From: an uncultured Chroococcidiopsis sp. | GTDB taxonomy: Bacteria; Cyanobacteriota; Cyanobacteriia; Cyanobacteriales; Chroococcidiopsidaceae | Direction: 5' to 3' | Length of the DNA stretch: 10,998 nucleotides | NCBI GenBank assembly: GCA_964248365.1 | Contig: CAXTYC010000066.1 | Coordinates: forward strand, 1 to 10,998 | Shown here: positions 8,501 through 10,998 of the stretch, piece after piece | How positions within the stretch are numbered: position 1 is the stretch's first letter | How the letters are laid out: every line of letters starts with the position of its first letter | Program-made: the position numbers and the translations under genes | The notes under the pieces: generated by a model | What the model was told of the DNA's origin: nothing | Databases searched by the model: none | The model's input: the letters and a program-made list of their open reading frames with translations, nothing else

Positions 8501-9295
8501 CGCTATCGCTGCATTAGATACGGAACTAGGCGATCGCCTATTTGTTGGTGCGATCGACTGTTCGACCGACTCTACTATTTCCTCTTCCATCTGGTCAGAC
8601 GTGACTGCATCACTGGTTTGGGGTACGCTAACCGCTGTTGAATTAGTGGCAGAGATAAGGCGTAATCTTCTTTGCAAAATTGCTAAAAGCCGTTCACGCC
8701 CTGTAACTAGCTCTACACCTGCCACCTGACAAGTAACCCAGTGACCAAAAGAGGCAATTGGCTGTCCAATGGTTCGCTGCAACACCCAAAGCGTCATCCA
8801 TCCCAGCACTACAGTCCCAAATGCCTGCCATACACCTGTATTGCTCGCAGCGGCAACACCTATAACCATCGCCAACAAGTGCCACAGCGACAAAAGTGAT
8901 AGGAGCGGTTCTCCCAGGTAAGGCATCGCCCCGAAAAGACTAAAAATCAGCGGTGCGTAGCTAAATCCTAAAGTGCGTGCCACAATACCAAAAGGAGCTT
9001 CGACTGTAAATGGAGCAAAGCCGATCAGCCAGGTACTAACAACCAGAAATATGTAGCCAAAGGCAAACAATACTGCGCCAATCAGCAAGCTGAAAACAAA
9101 GCGCACTGGTGTGATACGGTTGATGAATAAAATAATGCTTTGAGCAACAACTTGGGATAAACTAGCAGCCAGAACAACAATTAGTGCCACTGTTGAGCCA
9201 TGAGGCAGGGTGTTAATTTGCTCAAATGCTTCAGACTTAAGAGCAAGCACCCATCCCAATAGTTCCCAAAATCGGTCGAGGGCAGTTCCATTCAT
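5537..9295 (-). CDS. 1252-aa multidomain membrane protein (cyanobacterial family often labelled 'CAAX protease'): membrane domain + alpha/beta-hydrolase-like domain + large C-terminal domain
   Basis: Uninterrupted ORF; the ATG at 9295 (MNGTALDRFWELLG) is more plausible than the TTG at 9439. Multiple N-terminal hydrophobic helices; YLDGIGQS, IGFSGGGQ, GDKD and VGH motifs; C-terminal YFGHFAYG and ANNCTQD. Contains five HIP1 sites. Confidence 0.8.
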   Translation of the reverse strand: MNGTALDRFWELLGWVLALKSEAFEQINTLPHGSTVALIVVLAASLSQVVAQSIILFINRITPVRFVFSLLIGAVLFAFGYIFLVVSTWLIGFAPFTVEAPFGIVARTLGFSYAPLIFSLFGAMPYLGEPLLSLLSLWHLLAMVIGVAAASNTGVWQAFGTVVLGWMTLWVLQRTIGQPIASFGHWVTCQVAGVELVTGRERLLAILQRRLRLISATNSTAVSVPQTSDAVTSDQMEEEIVESVEQSIAPTNRRSPSSVSNAAIAQSAARHAIARQTDTTARNRRMRLSTIARQLPGIIILTGVTFSTIVLLSPIHYWWFAWYGNLGGIFKLVFDLVWIGIIALVTAALLAPLEALGWWAGWYGDRLDTTPDAKGKSQPTPQQKVTRYVIYLDGIGQSTFEYLPDIQEFLDSLAPVLPEDVVLIKGIMPYSVRNNPLTGNRPLGFFWRLADRFRLKNPASLFGYLVNIRNVLVVAVSADKRYGPIYNLGITQVMYQALIRQGYQPDSSVPITLIGFSGGGQMAAAAAPFLRQALTAPIEVISLGGVISGNINVLKLEHLYHLVGDKDMVERIGSGMFPGRWAIFFLSYWNRAKRLGKVNLISLGPVGHQVPGGLMDSEQLLPDGRTHLQQTIDWVVGILLGTAQHEDRATPRKLSNYERYRQATFNRQEFYPIHQSVSQEYYRPIASWMGRLILPAKEQRQAIKGVLFEVHHAPGDFQHLVGQVVILRLSDDPQVQTYVQAVTKDVHFSAQAEYSSQQGNIHPTRINHWRLVNPLESLAGSHPHDDVMVMLPEPVVVRSFGNDTNTAHGESSSPTPHILYISHDPVQITGRYYGLIKFVQPIKPESDLFRIVHFNRANGQFDGAEEIVRMPCVVANRNNTYPSTSKNIEKSPLNETGWYIYGAPDESGLFIVQALAPRILLQVEPQRMVVGKKPVKKYLKKESWDNLAAQKGKISSVVLGDKTIQARSAAPHEGKRALLIHIYGGIGGKKTEPKAKSPLYFGHFAYGIAKVVLEPLTDELRFEIVYHQIYTHNTDGLIAGSLHWSRYMGDRSFGWLGLRPVADTIVELDGFTGDYETQDGWKRSPLDQVIHQLEIMAARYRIGDGTGGTFVGPANNCTQDANQALYAALRQISRAIRSHPNVEEWKQQHPSQLHRLEQLERLSKDLKHILLPWGTARADWKNQAEVLGSTLEDNPVQNLIRSLLTWRTILPRLTSDEVTEAFIKQGGSAWVLRTNQVGGINPDIEPIAPMTL

Positions 9296-9535
9296 AGCAG
9301 ATCGAGTAAAAAAGCGCTGTTCTATGCGCGAAGCAACTAAGCGCCAATAACTAAAAGTATAAGGCAGCAACCTTGCTCCCAATTCTAGCAAGAATGAATT
9401 TATCAACTTGTCCCTAGAATCCGCTGAAGTTGTAACCAACTCCTACCGATATTCCCACATCTGTGTCATCTCCAAAAAGCGCATTCACAGCAGCTGTTGC
9501 GGTGAATTGACTAGGAGTTGATGTTGAGCAGCGCA

Positions 9536-10319
9536 ATGAAATGTCCCTTATGCGGTCATGAAAAATCTCATAAACATGGCTTGACCAGTAAAGGCACGCA
9601 ACGCTACTTCTGTCCGAAATGCCGTCAAACTTTTACTGAAACTTTCGCTCCGCTCTACTACCGTCGCCAAGTGAGCGAAGAAGACGTGCGAATTGTGCTG
9701 CAATCGCATGCACAAGGCAGTAGTTTACGAGGTATCAGTCGTATAAGTGGTCTAGCTTACGACACAGTTGTCAGTATCGTTCAAGCAGCGGCAGAAAAAG
9801 CGCAGATGCTGCATAATGCCTCTGTTCAAAATGTTGATACGGATGCGATTGCAGCCGATGAATTGTGGTCATTTGTTGAAAAAAACAAAAACACTGCCTG
9901 CCAGAAGAACTAGAGGCTGGAGATTGCTGGATAGCATTGAGTTTAGCTCAACTGAGCGGGTTGATTCTCTGCGCTTGTGTAGGCAAGCATACTGACGAAC
10001 TAGCCATCGAGTTAGTGGCTAGTACTGAAGCCAAGACCGATTGCAAGGAATGGCATACGGATGGTTGGGAGGGATATGAGCGAGTGCTGCCTGATAAAGT
10101 AGAGCATTATATTAGTCAAGGGTTGACGCAACGCTTAGAGCGAACCAATGGGATTGTTCGTCAGCTTTCCAGGGCGTTGGCATCGCCGGCAAAACAAATT
10201 TGGCAAGGTGTGGGAGCAGACCGAGATCACTGTAAGGCTCGTCCTGAGCTACTTTAACTGGATATTGCAGCATTCGTGCCTGGGAACTACAGCCGCACAG
10301 CGAGCAGAGCCAACCGAGC
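9536..10319 (+). pseudogene. IS1-family transposase (InsA zinc ribbon/HTH + InsB DDE), frameshifted and interrupted
   Basis: MKCPLCG...QRYFCPKC zinc ribbon, then DELWSFV followed by an A7C slippery site at 9879-9886. The -1 frame reads KQKHC...GDCWIA...TDGWEGY...LERTNGIVRQ. An extra frameshift near 10165 precedes GRWHRRQNKF. The gene is cut at 10320 by the IS66 end. Confidence 0.88.
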
Positions 10320-10939
10320 GTAAGGATTCAGGTGGGGGGGTATTGACAAAGGGGACGCTTGAGGTGGAGTATCGCCATTATGAACAAAAACCTGCCTCAA
10401 CAAGTAGACCGGGAAAGTCTATGCCAGTTGCCGAAAGAAGAACTGGCGAACATAATCATTGAGCAGGGGATCGCCATCGAAAAGTTGCAAGCGAACATAA
10501 AAGAACTCAAGCAAGAAATCGAGCGGCTTGGTGTCAGTAAAGACCTAGATAGTAAAACTTCATCAAAACCCCCATCTAGTGATCTCCTGAAAAAATCACA
10601 GAAGAAGAAATCTGAGAATAAGCCAGAAACAAATAAAGAGAAACGAAAGCCAGGAGGGCAACCAGGGCACCAAGGAAGGACTCGTAAAGGATTTAGTCGG
10701 GTAGACCGTTTTGAAATATTGCGTCCAGAATTTTGCGCTTGTTGCGGTCACACAGAGTTTGTGGGTGAACCGATAAAAATCGAAAAACAACAAGTAGCGC
10801 AACTAGTTGAACGTCCAATCGAAATCGTCGAATATCATCGCCATATATGCTGTTGTCAGCGCTGTGGAAATTTACAAACAGCGGACTGGTCATCACAAAT
10901 TGTACCAGGACAAGACTTGGGAGTAAGACTACAAGCATT
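10320..10939 (+). mobile_element. IS66-family element, left part only
   Basis: Begins GTAAGGATTCAGG (IS66 ends start GTAA) exactly where IS1 transposase similarity stops. No right IR is present. Confidence 0.75.
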
Positions 10940-10961
10940 CGATGCAATACCTCTCGGTTAA
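10380..10961 (+). pseudogene. IS66-family transposase, N-terminal fragment (leucine zipper, DUF6444-like segment, zinc finger); no DDE domain
   Basis: DSKTSSKPPSSD, RKPGGQPGHQG, CACCG and CCCQRCG motifs. The ORF ends shortly after GVRLQAF at about 190 aa. Confidence 0.85.
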
Positions 10962-10998
10962 GGCTAGAATCAGATAATGATATTGTTGCCTGAGATAG

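Larger units (their letters stand above)
4019..8537. repeat. HIP1 octamers GCGATCGC (6 copies)
   Basis: Copies start at 4019, 6043, 6143, 8198, 8475 and 8530. None was seen inside the IS elements. Confidence 0.9.
9493..10951 (+). mobile_element. IS1-family element, degenerate, with a nested IS66 fragment
   Basis: Candidate left end gctgttgcggtgaat (9493-9507) matches the reverse complement of 10937-10951 (ggtattgcatcgaat) at 10/15. IS1 ends typically begin GGT. No target duplication seen, so boundaries are tentative. Confidence 0.6.

Noticed and set aside
4046..8885. Small ORFs inside htrA and the 1252-aa gene (4046, 6411, 6992, 7306, 7329, 8094, 8694)
   Set aside because: Alternative-frame or antisense ORFs within well-supported genes, with no independent evidence.
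9296..9439. N-terminal 48-aa extension of the 1300-aa ORF from TTG 9439
   Set aside because: Looks like open intergenic sequence. The ATG at 9295 immediately precedes the first domain-like sequence.
10343..10375. TTGACA inside the IS66 left end as a promoter
   Set aside because: No acceptable -10 hexamer at 16-18 bp spacing.
9768..10947. ORFs 9768..9995, 10596..10802, 10693..10947 and the tail of 10148..10462
   Set aside because: Out-of-frame or antisense to the transposases. The 10148 ORF is an IS1/IS66 junction chimera.

Overview
Cyanobacterial (Nostocales-like) accessory region: six HIP1 octamers (GCGATCGC), all in host genes. It carries a truncated NADPH-dependent FMN reductase, a PRC-barrel/DUF2382 protein, a decayed IS630, an HtrA/DegP protease with a nonsense codon in its PDZ domain, a DUF3611-like membrane protein whose start codon reads ACG, a 1252-aa multidomain membrane protein, and an IS1-family element interrupted by a truncated IS66-family element. 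The best candidate for something undescribed is a pair of ~106-bp non-coding hairpin elements (2628-2733 and ~4698-4803). They share end motifs, spacing and loop motifs but have different 19-bp stem sequences, and one cleanly interrupts the IS630 transposase frame. The second candidate is the 1252-aa protein, which combines an alpha/beta-hydrolase motif set with FGH...NNC motifs of permuted papain-like enzymes. Family assignments come from motif recognition only; no searches were run.
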